Counted from the stretch's first letter, positions 12,893-25,567 are shown. The stretch: DNA of 64,000 bases from Mobula hypostoma (GCF_963921235.1 NC_086097.1:176950001-177014000); one strand, 5' to 3'. Notes: generated from the sequence alone by a model not told the origin. Made by a program: numbers and translations.

Positions 12893-15800
12893 AGAACCGG
12901 CGATACCTCCCCCAATGTCCACAGTCTGGATCGGCCTCTGTTTGGGAGGTCTGCCCCTGCGCTGTGGTGCCTGAGCCTGGACCGGTTGCGCCAAGTCCAC
13001 ATGGGCCGGTTTGAGTCAGTCCACCGTGAAAACCTCCTCTCTCCCCCCAATGTCCAGCACGAATGTGGCCCCGTTGTTCCTGATCACCTTAAACGGCCCC
13101 TCGTAGGGCCGCTGTAGCGGTGCCTGGTGTCCGCCCCGTGGTACAAAAAGAAACTTACAGTTCTGCAGGTCTTTGGGTACGCAGGTCAGGCTCTGTCCGT
13201 GCTGTGAAGTGGGGATGGGGGCCAGGTTACCGAGCCTCTCCCGTAGTCTGTCCAGGACTGCTGTGGGTTCTTCCTCTTGCCCCCTTGGGGCTGGTATGAA
13301 CTCTCCTGGGACTACCAGGGGTGCGCCATACACCAACTCGGCCAACGAGGTGGGTAGATCCTCCTTGGGCGCCGTGCGGATTCCGAGCAGGACCCAGGGA
13401 AGTTCGTCCACCCAGTTAGGCCCCTCCAGGCGGACCATGAGAGCCGATTTCAGGTGACGGTGGAAGCGCTCCACTAGTCCGTTCGACTGTGGGTGGTAGG
13501 CAGTTGTGTGGTGTAGCTGTGTTCCTAAACGTCTGGCCATAGCCGACCACAGCCTGGAGGTGAACTGGGCGCCCCTGTCGGAGGTAATGTGGGCCGATAC
13601 CCCAAAGCGGGCTACCCAGCTTGCGATCAGTGCTCGGGCACAGGATTCGGAGGTGGTGTCGGTGAGCAGGACTGCCTCTGGCCATCTGGTGAAGCGGTCT
13701 ATCATAGTTAGGAGGTACTGCGCTCCTCGCGACACTGGCAGGGGCCCCACGATATCCACATGAATGTGGTCGAACCTCCAGCGGGTGGGTTCGAACCGCT
13801 GCGGCGGAGCCTTGGTGTGCCGCTGCACCTTGGCCGTTTGGCACTGCATGCATGTTTTGGCCCATTCACTGACCTGTTTACGAAGTCCATACCACATGAA
13901 CCTGTTGGCGACCAGCCGGACGGTTGTCCTGATGGAGGGGTGCGCTAAGTTGTGAATGGACTCGAAAACTCACCGCCGCCAGGCTGCTGGGACGACAGGG
14001 CGGGGTTGGCCGGTAGCTACGTCACATTGTAGGGTCCTCTCACCTGGGCCTACGGGGAGGTCTTGAAGCTGTAAACCGGAGACTGCAGTCCTGTAACTGG
14101 GGATCTCAGCGTCTGCCTGCTGTGCCTCTGCCAGCGCTGCATAGTCCACCCCCTGGGACAGGGCCTGCATGGTAGGTCTGGATAGTGTGTCCGCCACGAC
14201 GTTGTCCTTTCCAGAGACATGCCGGATGTCCGTCGTGTACTCGGAGATGTAGGACAGATGTCACTGCTGGCGGGACGATCAGGGGTCGGACACCTTCATG
14301 AACGCAAAGGTAAGCGACTTGTGGTCTGTGAATGCGGTGAAGGGCCTACCTTCTAAGAAGTACCTGAAATGCCGGATTGCCAGGTATAGTGCCAATAGCT
14401 CCCGGTCGAAAGCACTGTATTTGAGTTCAGGTGGTCGTAGGTGTTTGCTGAAGAACGCCAGAGGTTGCCAGCGACCCTCGATGAGTTGTTCCAGCATTCC
14501 ACCGACTGCTGTGTTGGATGCGTCCACCGTGAGGGCAGTAGGAACGTCCGTTCTGGGGTGCACTAGCATCGCGGCGTTTGCCAAGGCTTCTTTGGTTTTA
14601 ACGAAAGCGGTTGCGGCCTCTTCATCCCAGGTAATGTCCTTGCCCTTACCCGACATCAGGGTGAACAGGGGGCGCATGGTTCTGGCTGCTGAGGGGAGGA
14701 AACAGTGGTAAAAATTCACCATACCCACGAATTCCTGCAAGCCTTTGACTGTGTTGGGTCGGGGGAAGTTGCGGACCGCGTCTACCTTGGCGGGCAGCGG
14801 GGTTGTCCCGTCTTTAGTAATCCTGTGGCCCAGGAAGTCGATGGTGTCGAGTCCGAACTGGCATTTGGCTGGGTTGATTGTAAGGCCGAATTCGCTCAGT
14901 CGGGCGTAGAGCTGGTGGAGGTGGGACAGATGCTCCTGCTGACTACTGCTGGCTATGAGGATGTCGTCCAAATAGATGAATGCAAAGTCCAGGTCGCGTC
15001 CCACTGCGTCCATTAGCCGCTGCAAAGTCTGTGCGGCATTATTTAGACCAAACGGCATTCGGAGGAATTCGAAAAGTCCGAACGGGGTGATAAGTGCTGT
15101 TTTGGGGATGTCATCCGGATGTACAGGGATTTGATGGTATCCCCGGACGAGGTCTACCTTGGAAAAGATCCTTGCGCCGTGTAGGTTTGCTGCGAAGTCT
15201 TGAATGTGCGGCACAGGGTAGCGGTTTGGAGTTGTAGCCTCGTTCAGTCTGTGGTAGTCACCGCATGGTCGCCAGCCCCCCGTTGCCTTGGGCACCATGT
15301 GAAGGGGGGAGGCCCATGGGCTGTCGGACCATCGTATGATCCCTAATTCCTCCATCTTTTTGAACTCCTCCTTCGCCAGTCGGAGCTTGTCCGGGGGAAG
15401 CCTTCGAGCACGGGCGTGGAGGGGTGGTTCCTGGGTCGGGAAGTGGTGCTGTACTCTGTGTCTGGGCATGGCTGCCGTGAACTGCGGTGTCAGTACTGAC
15501 GGGAAATCCGCCAGGACCCTGGTGAATTCATCGTCGAACAGCGTGATGGAGTCCAGGTGTGGGGCTGGCAGCTTCGCTTCACCCAAGGAGAACGTTTGAA
15601 AAGTCTTGGCGTGGACTAATCGCTTCTCTTGCAGGTCGACCAGCAGGCTGTGGGCTCGCAGAAAATCCTACCCCTAGGAGTGGTTGGGCCACGGCGGCCA
15701 GTGTGAAGTCCCACGTGAACCGGCTGGAGCTGAACTGTAGCCGCACCGTGCAGGTGCTGTAGGTTCGTATTGTGCTGCCATTAGCGGCCCTCAGGGTGGG

Positions 15801-15960
15801 TTCCGGTTCTCTGTTGCGGGTGTCATAACTCGTTGGAGGTAAGACGCTGATCTCCGCTCCGGTGTCGACCAAAAAGCGGCGTCCCAACTGCTTGTCCCAG
15901 ACGTACAGGAGGCTGTCCTGATGGCCAGCCGCCGTAGCGATCGGCAGCTGCTGGACCTTG
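12890..15960 (-). pseudogene. pol: Gypsy pol (protease, RT, RNase H, integrase) broken by stops and frameshifts
   Basis: Protease [32 protein letters not shown]; RNase H TVDAS, DRELLA, FTDHK; integrase CMQCQ, HVDIVGP, SDRG, SNGLVER. Stops at ~14279, ~14262, 13970 and 13016. Confidence 0.95.
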
Positions 15961-16645
15961 GCGTTTCCCGGGAATTTGAAGGGTGGTCTGCAGCGGCGGC
16001 CTCTGTGACCCACCGCTGGTGGTAGAAACACCATTGTTCGTTGGGCTCCTCACTCCCGTCGCTGGGTTTTGTAGGCTCTGCTGCCAGGCCTGGTCTGGTC
16101 TGTCGTTGGGCACGCGGCTTGGTGATCTGTGCGACGGATGCCCCTCTCTCTTTCCTGGCATTCCACAGCACATCTGCTCGGGCCACCACCTCCCGGGGGT
16201 TGCTGAAATCTGCGTCGGACAGCAGCAGGCATATGTCCTCGGGCAGTTGCTCTAGGAACACCTGCTCAAACATGAGGCAGGGTTTGTGTCCTTCAGCCAG
16301 GGCCAGCATCTCATTCATTAATGCTGACGACGGCCTGTCTCCCAAACCATCCAGGTGCATTAAGCGGCGTGCTCGTTCGCGCCATGAGAGTCCGAAAGTC
16401 CTTATGAGCAGGGCTTTGAATGCTGTGTATTTGCCGTCCTCTGGGGGCGACTGTATAAACTCCTCAACTTGTGCAGCAGTCTCCTGATCGAGTGAGCTCA
16501 GCATGTAATAGTAGCGAGTGGACTCCGAGGTTATCTGCCGAATGTGGAATTGTGCTTCTGCTTGTTCGAACCATAATTGGGGTCGCAGCGTCCAGAAGCT
16601 TGGCAGTTTTAATGAAACTGTGTGAACAAATGCAGCGTCGGTCAT
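15960..16645 (-). pseudogene. gag: Gypsy gag-like ORF, frameshifted in its C-terminal Cys/His knuckle
   Basis: ATG at 16645, then MTDAAFVHTVSLKLPSFW..PQLWFEQAEAQF. The C-terminal WCFYHQRW and RRCRPP motifs lie in different frames. Confidence 0.88.
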
Positions 16646-16669
16646 CTCTGGTCCAAATATCGTTTGGGC

Positions 16670-16683
16670 CGTCGGGGTCACCA
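16670..16683 (-). promoter_or_regulatory. Primer-binding site complementary to the tRNA-Trp 3' end
   Basis: The plus strand reads cgtcggggtcacca, the 3' end of vertebrate tRNA-Trp including CCA, 2 nt from the 5' LTR. Confidence 0.88.
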
Positions 16684-16685
16684 AT

Positions 16686-16970
16686 TGTAGCGATGTGCTA
16701 CACACAGCGCTAGAATAACCACACGGAGTCGGTGAGTTAGAGTTGTGATGAAAGAGATTTATTCAAACTTCGCGGCCCGCTTTAAAGCCTTCCTGTTCCC
16801 GCCCTCCCTGGGCGGGATTGCTGTGGGGAATGCATATTCCCAGACCCTTTCTGCGCGCGGGATATTCCCCCTGCTGGTGAAGATGGCCTGGCGCCCTTTT
16901 TGGGGCTGGCCCTCTGCCTGCGCGCGCTGTTGTGAGCCGGTTCATGTGTGCCAGAAAGTGGGTCGCCACA
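16686..16970 (-). repeat. 5' LTR of the gypsy element
   Basis: Direct repeat of 12591-12875, adjacent to the PBS. Confidence 0.97.
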
Positions 16971-17249
16971 GTCTTTGCCCATGATGGACTGACATGCAGA
17001 ACAAAGTTTTTCACTCTACCGCAGTATCTGTGACAGTAATAACTGAATTCACAAATCTGTGTAGGCAGGACATGGTTGACATTTCAGGTTGAGATCCTGC
17101 AGCAGCACTGTCTGGCATGCTGAGGATTTTTTTTAAAACTCTGGATTACATCATCTGCCATCTCTTATATCTCCAGCTATTTTTGTCCAGCCTTTTCACA
17201 ACCTCACACGCGGACAGATAAATAGATGAGATTGCACACAGCAAGGATA

Positions 17250-17690
17250 TCAGGTGTGGTAGCAGTCACACTCACACCTCGAGTAAGGAAGTTGCAAGCT
17301 CATTGCTCCTCTCAAAAGATGCAAGTGTAAAAATCTTGGTTGACCCTTGGCAGTAGCTAAAGAGAACCAACATTCATGTGAAATATTAATCTTTCTGTTC
17401 TTTCTGAGTAATCATGTTTGCCTCTCACTTTTATTAATTTGTGCCTTCTCTCCTGAGGATGTACAGAATTCAATGGACTGTTGGCCTGGCCAAGTTTACC
17501 CTTCTTCCGACAGCACAGAAACGGATGATTTGGCTATCCATACATAGTCATTCATTGAAGCTTGCTGTACACCCAGGGCGCTCTGCACACATAAGGGTGA
17601 CTGTACTTTAAAAGTAGTTCATTGGCTGTGAAGCACCCTGAGACGTTCTGAAGGCAGGCAAGATGCTATAGAAACAGGAGTTTTATTTAA
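17250..17690 (+). mobile_element. Highly diverged DeuSINE-like (SacSINE1/AmnSINE1-type) SINE
   Basis: The 3' part gtgactgtactttaaaagtagttcattggctgtgaagcaccctgagacgttctgaagg...gatgctatagaaa resembles the DeuSINE-family tail as I recall it. Confidence 0.55.
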
Positions 17691-17992
17691 CTGTACTGGG
17701 TTTTGTAAAGCAAGGCTATAAAACTTCAGAAGAGACAATATTTAGATTTATAAATAACTTCCTCATCCCCTTAAAATTACCAAAAGGACAAATTATTTAC
17801 TCTAGTCTGTGAAAATATGAAATGATTAATAAATTTGGATTCAAAATAGGTTTCATCATTATATTCCTTCACTGAAAGTATTAAATGAAGTGAAGGGCAA
17901 GGGAACGTGGAGACATTGGAGGAGATTGGTGAGTCTGAACCCAGTATGTAAAGGAGAAACTGTTTCCTTATCTATCCATCCATAAGTCAACG

Positions 17993-19720
17993 GTGAGGCC
18001 TGATCACATCATCTTCACCATGTACATTCGGTCTCTATACACTTCTATCCCTCATCAGGAAGGCTTCAAAGCCCTCCACTTCTTTCATGACAAAAGAGCC
18101 AACCAATCCCCCTCCATCACCACCACCATCCTTCTTCATCTGCCAGAATTGGTCCTCACACTGAACGATTTTTCCTTCAGCTCCTTCCACTTTTCCAAAC
18201 CCGAGAGGAAGCCATGGACACCCATAAGGGCCCAAGTTATGCCTGCCTTATAATCGACTATGTAGAACAGTCTATGTTCAAAGGTTTCCCTGGTTATACT
18301 CTCTAACTCTTCACCCACTACACTGAAAATTGCATTGGTGCTGCTTCAGGCATCCATGTTAAGTTTGTCAATTTTATCAATTTTGCCTCCAGCTTGCACC
18401 CTGCCCTTAAGTTCACTTGGTCCATCTCTGACAGCTGCCTCCCCTTTCTTGATCTCTCTGTTTCCATCTCTGGAGACAACTGTCAACCTGAAATCTTTTA
18501 TAAACCTCCTGGCTCCCAAGGTTGCTTTGACTATACCTCTTACCACCCCATCTCCAGTAAAAATGCAATTCCCTTTTCTCAGATTCTTCGCCTCCACTGC
18601 ATCTGTCCATTCCAAGACATCAGAAGTGTCCTCCTTCTTCAAAGGATGGGGTTTCCCTCCCTCACCCACATCTCCTCCATTTCGCATACATTCATGCTTA
18701 CCCCATTGTCCTGCTGCTGTAATAGTGGTAGAGTTTCTCTTGTCCTTACCTACCACTCCATCAGCCTCCAACACATCCTTTGCAACTTCCGACATCTCCA
18801 AAGGGATCCTAATACTAATCATATGTTCATCGTCTCTCTCCCGCCGCCCCAATATCCACAGGGATCACTCTTTCCGCTATTCCCTTGTCCATTTCTCCCC
18901 TTCCCACTAATCTCCCTCCAGGCACTTATCCCTACAATGGCCGAAGTGCTACATCTGCCCATTCACCTCTTCCCTCACCTCCAGTCAGGGCCCCCAAACA
19001 GTCCTTCTAGGTGAGGCAACACTTCACCTGCAAATTTTCTGGGTTCATCCATTGTGTCCAATGTCCGAAGAGGCCTCCTCTACATTGGTGAGACCTGTCA
19101 TAATTCGGGGCATTGCTTCATCGAGCAGCTCTGCACCACCTGCCACAAGCACAGCTTCCTGGTGGCCAAATATTTCAGTTCTGATTCCCATTCCGCCTTG
19201 TCAATCCATGGCCTCCTCTTGTGCCAAGCTGAGACACCTCCACTAGCAGGTTCCCCTCCAAGAGAAGGCCATCTTCAGGATAGAGGTGCAACGCGTTATA
19301 TTCCATCTGGGTGGCCTCCAAACGGATAGCAAGAATATTGATTTCTCTTTCCAGTGACCAAATACCCCCCACCCCTTTCTCTATTCCCCACTCTGACCTT
19401 TCACTTCTTCTCTCCTGCCTATTATTTCCCCATGGATCCCTCCTCCTTCCCTTTCTTCTGTATCCTTCTTTCCATTCCTATCAGATCCTTTCTTCTCCAG
19501 CTCTCGATCTTTCCTACCCACCTGGCTTCAGCTATCATCTTCAAGCTATTCTCTTTTCCCTCCCCCCCCCCCTGACCTTTTGATTCAGGCATTTACTCCC
19601 TTCCTTTCCAGTCCTGAAAAGGGGTCTCAGCCCAGAAAGTCCACAGTTTACTCTTTTACATAGATGCTGCCTAACCTGACCTACTGAGCTCCTCCAGTAT
19701 TTTATGTGTTTTGCAATGGT
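17993..19720 (+). mobile_element. Old, frameshifted Penelope-like element (RT and GIY-YIG remnants, 3' pLTR)
   Basis: SLYTSIPHQEG, HPALKFTWSISD..LPFLDL, NFRHLQRDP and GLLYIGET are collinear with 49326-51692. Decayed hammerhead motif near 19611-19650. Confidence 0.9.
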
Positions 19721-21875
19721 GAGGCAAGTATTTATTCCCCATCCCTCATTGTCCCTTACCCAGGAGGATTGTTGGATCATTACAGAGGAATTCCATACTC
19801 CGCAATTACACATAACCTAGTCTGCTTAAGGATGCCAAATTTGTTTCTCTGTTGATGTTAGTGAAGGGCTAGGTTTTTAAGAACAATCCAGTGTGAACTC
19901 AATTTACCAGATACAGGGCCATCATCCACCACCCTCAACCCAGACACCATCAGCACTCAATGTACCTTCAAGGTGTACATATTTACTCACCCAGGCATCT
20001 CCAACATTCCCCAAACTCACACCACTGTCATCAAAACACCTCCATTGGCAGGTTTCCCTCCAGGTCAATGTAATCAAAGATTCCACTCACCCCAGACATT
20101 CCCCCTTTACCCCACTCCCATCAGGCATCATTACAAAATCCTGAAAACATGACGACCATGCTCAAGGACAGTTTCTATCCTGCTGTTATAAGACTATTGA
20201 ACAGTCCCCTAGAACAGTAAGATGGACTATTGGCCTCACAAGCTACCTCATTGTAACCTTGCATCTCATTAACTGCCTACACTGCACTTTCTCTATACCT
20301 GTAACACTGTTATTGTTTAACTTGTACTACCTCAATGTAGTAATGTGATGAAATGACCTGTACGGACAGCATACACAACAAAGCTTTTCACTCTACATTA
20401 GGCCATGCAACTTTAATAAACCAATTACTCGCACTCCATCCAGATTTGGAAGCACATCACCAACCCTTTACATGTCCACGTCCTGGAAAGCCTTCCTCAT
20501 GCTCACCACTACCTTCTCAAGGACAGCTAGGGATGAACAATAAATGCTGGCCCTACCACAGAGGGCAACACGGTAAAAAAATCAATCTCAAAAGGAGTGA
20601 TATCTTATGTATACTCATTGTCCTGTCATGCTGACAATATCAGAAAGGAAAGGATTTGTACAGCTTTGAGAAGAGGTGGGGCAAATAGTTTCTAATTTAC
20701 TTTATGAAAAGAGTTTAAATTTCTCAGTCACCATGATGGGTTTGAATTTCCATCGCCATACCGATCGCCTACTTCCAACAGGTAAACTATTCTATTAATT
20801 AACTATAATAGCCTTTGAAAAAAAAACAACTTCCACTAATTAATCGTGATAACTCCATAATAGGTGCAAAGCACTCTCTTCCACTCTAATGAATTTAGGT
20901 TAAGAGGTGATTTGATTGAAATTTTTGAGATTATTAATGAGAAGCAGAAAAATGTGGAGAGTGTGAGGGGTTCTACTGGAGAAACAGTTGGGTAGATGCT
21001 AGTGTTTGGAGCAGATGTGTTCAGTACTATTGCTAGGATGTTATCATGGTCTAGAGCCTTCTCTGTATTCAATGCCTTTAGCCAGTTCTTGATATCACAT
21101 AGAGTGATTCAAATTAGCTGAAGAATGGTATCTGGTGTGCTGGGAGTGGGTGGGGGGTGTTCACTGGAGGATGTCAAGCTAAATCATTCTTGCAAATGCT
21201 TCCCTTTTGTGCTGAAGTGCTGGCCTTCCCCCATTATCAAGAATCAGGGTATTGTAGGCCCCTTCTCCTCCAGTGAGCTGTTTAATTGTGCACCACCATT
21301 CACAGCTGGATGTGGGAGGACTGAGGAGTTTCAGACCTGCTCCATTGGTTGCAGGGCCACTTTGGTCTGTCTATGGCATGCAGTTGATATTGTGTGGCAA
21401 GTCCTGTCCTGTAACTTCACAAGGCTGAGCCCTCTCTCTGAGGTATATTGGATGCTGCTCTAAGCATGCCTCCTGCTCTCACTAAGTCAAGGTAGATCCC
21501 CTGGTTTGATAACCAATGGTAGTGTGGTAGGTGTGCTGGTCCACTAGATTACAGCTTGTGGTGGAGCACAACTCTACTGCTACCAGATGGCCCTCAGCTA
21601 AGACTGGGAAACATTAAGGAGGCTCCTCCTCTCTTGAAACATTATTACAATCATAACATTGGGTCATTGGATGGCAGAACACTGAGAGGCCATTCAGCCC
21701 ACTAAACAGTCTCAACAAGCAATGCAATTGGTCTTTCTTTCTAATTGTTTCATTGTCCCTCTTGTTTTCCCTTTCTCCAACTCATTTCTTCCTACCTTCT
21801 CTTCAACTTCACTTGCCCCATCATTAATGTTCCCACAACCTACAGACTCACTTTCAGGGACTCTTCATCTCATGT

Positions 21876-22414
21876 GGATTTTATGGAGTGTCTAGGGAGG
21901 GGGAGCACCTCTGGAAAAGTGGCTTGCCATGTCTATTCCAGGACAGTTCACCTAGCTTTGGTCTCCACTGGACAGTCAACTCTCACCTGTAGCTTTAAGT
22001 AGCTGGCCTGCAACAGCGACCACTGGCAGGTACACCACTTGGACAGGTGGGCTAAAGCAGACGAGGGTAGTGACGGCTTCATACCACAGTGAGACAGGGA
22101 CAAACCTGTCTTAGCATGCAAAGCCAGCTCTGGCGGACAGGGTGGATGAGACCTACAGTGAGATCCAATGGCCAGGATGGTGGTACTGCAACGCTCTATG
22201 GAGAGTGAAAGGCATGACATGGCACAGAAGGTGTCATGGTCATCCACTGCAACCAAGGAAGACCCTAGTTTGTGATGCTTGTTCATATCGTTGGACCGCT
22301 CTTCCAAGGTTGAGAGAGTGGAATTGGCCCAGTGCCACAGCTTTTCCACTTTAAAAACTTTCCTGCACAGTTTTCCTGTCATTGTCGGACACAATGGACC
22401 ACCACCAAAAAAAA
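21876..22414 (+). mobile_element. 539-bp non-coding retroposon with an 11-bp TSD and (cca)n/A tail
   Basis: TSD tcatctcatgt at 21865-21875 and 22415-22425. It splits a LINE 3' UTR fragment and has no recognisable ORF. Confidence 0.8.
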
Positions 22415-24319
22415 TCATCTCATGTTCTCGCTATTTATTGCTTATTTATTATTATAATTTCTTTTTCTAATTGCACAGTTTGTTGTCTTCTGCACATTGG
22501 CAGAACACCCATGTTGGCGCAGTCTTCCATTGATTCTGTTATGATTATTATTCTATGAATTTATTGAGTATGCCCTCAAGACAATGAATCTAAGGGTTGT
22601 ATTTGATATGGTATTTAATGATAAATTTACTTTGAAATTTTGAAACTTAACTTTTCCCTGTTGTTCCTAGTTCCGAAGAAAAGTCTCAGACATAAATCAT
22701 TGACTGTTTTTCTGTCCATGTATGCTGCATGGATTGTTGAGTTTTTCCCACATTGTCTTTCCCTGTTTCTAGCACTGGCTGTGAGAGGGAAAGGAATTGT
22801 TGTTGTGTCAGGTTGAAAGTCCTGATGTAGGATTTTCAACATGAAACATCAACGGTTCTTTTCCCCACAGCTGCAGATCAACCTCCTGAATTACTTCAGA
22901 GGATCTTTTGTTGATGAAGTCAATCTTACTGTCACATGTATGAACAGGTGTAATGTAAACCTTGCAGCAGCATCACAGCACTGAGCATTATATAAGCAGC
23001 ATTCACAAGAGAAACATAAATTATACATAATTTTATTTTGGACCACAAGACCATAGAATATAGGAACATGATTAAGCCATTTGGCCCATCAAATCTGCTG
23101 CACCATTTCATCATGGCTGATCTAATATTTTTCTGAACCCCAATCTCCCCATATCACCTCATGCCGTGACCAGTCAAGAATCTATCAACCTCTGCCTTTA
23201 ATATATACCTGAAGACTTGGCCTCCACAGCTGCCTTTGGCTAAGAATTCCACAGATTGACCACTCTCAGGCTAAAGAAATTTCTTCTCATCTGCATTCTA
23301 AAAGGACTCCCCTCTATCCTGAGGCTGCATCCTCTGGTCTTGGTCTCTTCCACCATAGGAAGCATCCTCTCCACATCCACTGATAAGAAAATACAATTAG
23401 AACAAAAAATAATAATCTCAGTGCAAAGTGGTCATAGTGTTGCTATACTATAGTGTTTAGTTTGTGCTGGTTGGTTCAAGGACTGAATGGTTGCGGGGAA
23501 GTAGCTGGTCTTGAACCTGCTGGTGTGGAAGTTCAGGTTTCTGCATCTCCTGCCCAATGTGGCTGCAGGAAGGTGGCATGATCCGGATAACAGGGATCTT
23601 TGATGATGGATGTTGCCTTCCTGAGGCAGCACCTCCTCAGAGATATTGGAGAGGAATGTAGTTCCATCATAGGTAGTTTTTTTATTCCCAATTCCTTGTC
23701 CTTGCAGTTATGTCTCCCTCATTTACTCACATAGAAGTATTTATCCTTGTTTAAAAATTGAATCTGTTCCAGTTCCATCTGTCATTGCTTTCCAGAATCA
23801 ACTCATCCTGTCTAACACACATCTCCAGTTCTCCGGGTTCTTTCCCATCACCTTAAATCTGAGCACTCCAGTTACTGACCATCAGCCAGCTTCTCTTCAT
23901 TTATCCTGTCCGATACACAAATTACTTTAGTCTACTTTACTTTATCAAACCTTCACTCACCTTCCTTTCTCTTTGTTATTATAGAGATACTGCTGATTTC
24001 TCATTCAGCACAGGAACAAGCCCTTCAGCCCACTGAGTTAATACTAACCAACAACCACCCATTCATACCCATCCTAAACCGATCCTAATTTTTTCAACCC
24101 ACATTCACATCAACTCCTCTCAGGTTCTACCTCTCATCGACACTCGAAGGCAATTAACAGTAATCAATTCACCTAACAACCCGCACATCTTGGGGAGCTG
24201 GAAGAACTCAAAGGGTCGAGCAGCATCTGCAGGCATAAATGAATTGCTGACATTTCAGGACTGAGAGTGGAGATGGAAAATGATCAGCGTAAAGAAGAAA
24301 GAGTCAGACAGCCCCTATG

Positions 24320-24610
24320 GAGGGGAATAAACAACTAACATTTTGGCTCTGACCTTTCATCAGGACTGGAAAAGAAGGGGGCGAACCTTGCCTCTCATCT
24401 GCTCTCACCTACCACCTATTAGTACTTCTTCCACTCCTCACCCCTTTTATTTTGGTCTCTACCCCCTTCCTTCCCACTCCTTTTGAGGGTTTTCATCCCA
24501 AAACATTGACTATTCATTTCCTCTACAGAATGTTGCCAGATCTCTGACTTCCTTCAGCACTTTGTGTGTGTTGCTCAAGACACAGCATCTGCAGAATCTC
24601 TTGTGTCTAG
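24320..24610. mobile_element. Inverted pair of Penelope pLTR fragments
   Basis: A minus-strand copy (cctttcatcaggactgga, ~24353-24370) is followed by a plus-strand copy ending cagcatctgcagaatctcttgtgtct. Confidence 0.65.
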
Positions 24611-25425
24611 AGAGAAGGGGGGAAAGGGTGAGACAGGGATCTTAGTAATTGGTGGGCTGAGCAGGGGGAAAGATGACAGGCAGATAGTGACAGGTAGGGG
24701 AGGGGAGGGAAGGAGAAGAGAGTGGAGTGGAGGGGAGGGGATGGGAAGGAGCTCAGTGACAGTGGCAGGTGGATGATAGATGGAAGGAGATAAACAAAGG
24801 TGGATGAAGCTAGCGGAACATAAGCAACACAGACTAGTCCCTTTGGCCCACAACATTGTGCTGACCTAAGAAAACCTACTTCATGATCAGTCTAGCCCTT
24901 CCCTCTACAGTACCCATTAACCACAAATTTTCCTTCATTCATACGCCAATCTAATAGACTGTTAAATGTCCCTATTGTATCAGCCTCTACCACCACCCTA
25001 GATAGTGCAATTGGTACCCACCGCTCTGTGTGTAAAGTATCTGCCTCTTACATCTCCAGTAAACTTTTCTGCACTCACCTCAAATGGACATCATCGGTAT
25101 TGGCCAGTGCCATTTTGGGGAAAGAAATTATGGCTGTCCGCTCTATCTGTGCCTCTCAGAACCATATGCAGCTACTTCAAGTTGCCTCTCATTCTTCATC
25201 TCTTCAAAGAGAAAAGCCCTAGCACGCTCAACCTTTCCTCTGAAGACAAAGTTGAGGAGAGGGGAAGGTGAACTGCTGGAGAGAGATAAGCAAGAGCAAA
25301 AGGGGCTGTCTGAAATGTTAACAATTCCATCTCTCCCCTCCAAATACTCAACCCACTGAGTTCTTCAAGCAGATTTGTTGTTGCTTCAGATTCCAGCATC
25401 TGCAGTCTCCTGCGTTTCCATATCT

Positions 25426-25567
25426 TTCGGATGTGGGAGGAAACCAGGGCACTCAGAGGGTCATAGGGAAAAAGCATAAACTGCACACAGACCGCACCTG
25501 AGGTTGGGATTGAATCCAGGTCTCTGAAGCTGTGAGTTAGTGACTATACTGGCTGCGCCACTGTGCT
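25426..25567 (-). mobile_element. tRNA-derived SINE 5' part (HE1/V-SINE-like)
   Basis: The reverse complement has an A-box-like tggcgcagccag and a B-box-like ggattcaatccc, followed by tctgtgtgcagttt...ggtttcctcccacatcc. Confidence 0.75.

Larger units (their letters stand above)
12591..16970 (-). mobile_element. Full-length Ty3/gypsy LTR retrotransposon, structurally complete but with disrupted ORFs
   Basis: Two 285-bp TG...CA LTRs, 4-bp TSD GTCT (12587-12590 and 16971-16974), PBS, PPT, and gag-PR-RT-RH-IN domain order. Confidence 0.97.

Noticed and set aside
12653..13117. Overlapping ORFs in and beside the LTRs (also 16745-17014) as possible accessory or env genes
   Set aside because: GC-rich LTR sequence lacking stops by chance; no signal peptide, transmembrane or env motifs, and the ORFs cross element boundaries.
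25426..25567. Possible tRNA gene
   Set aside because: Only degenerate A/B boxes, continuing directly into SINE body sequence; no complete cloverleaf.
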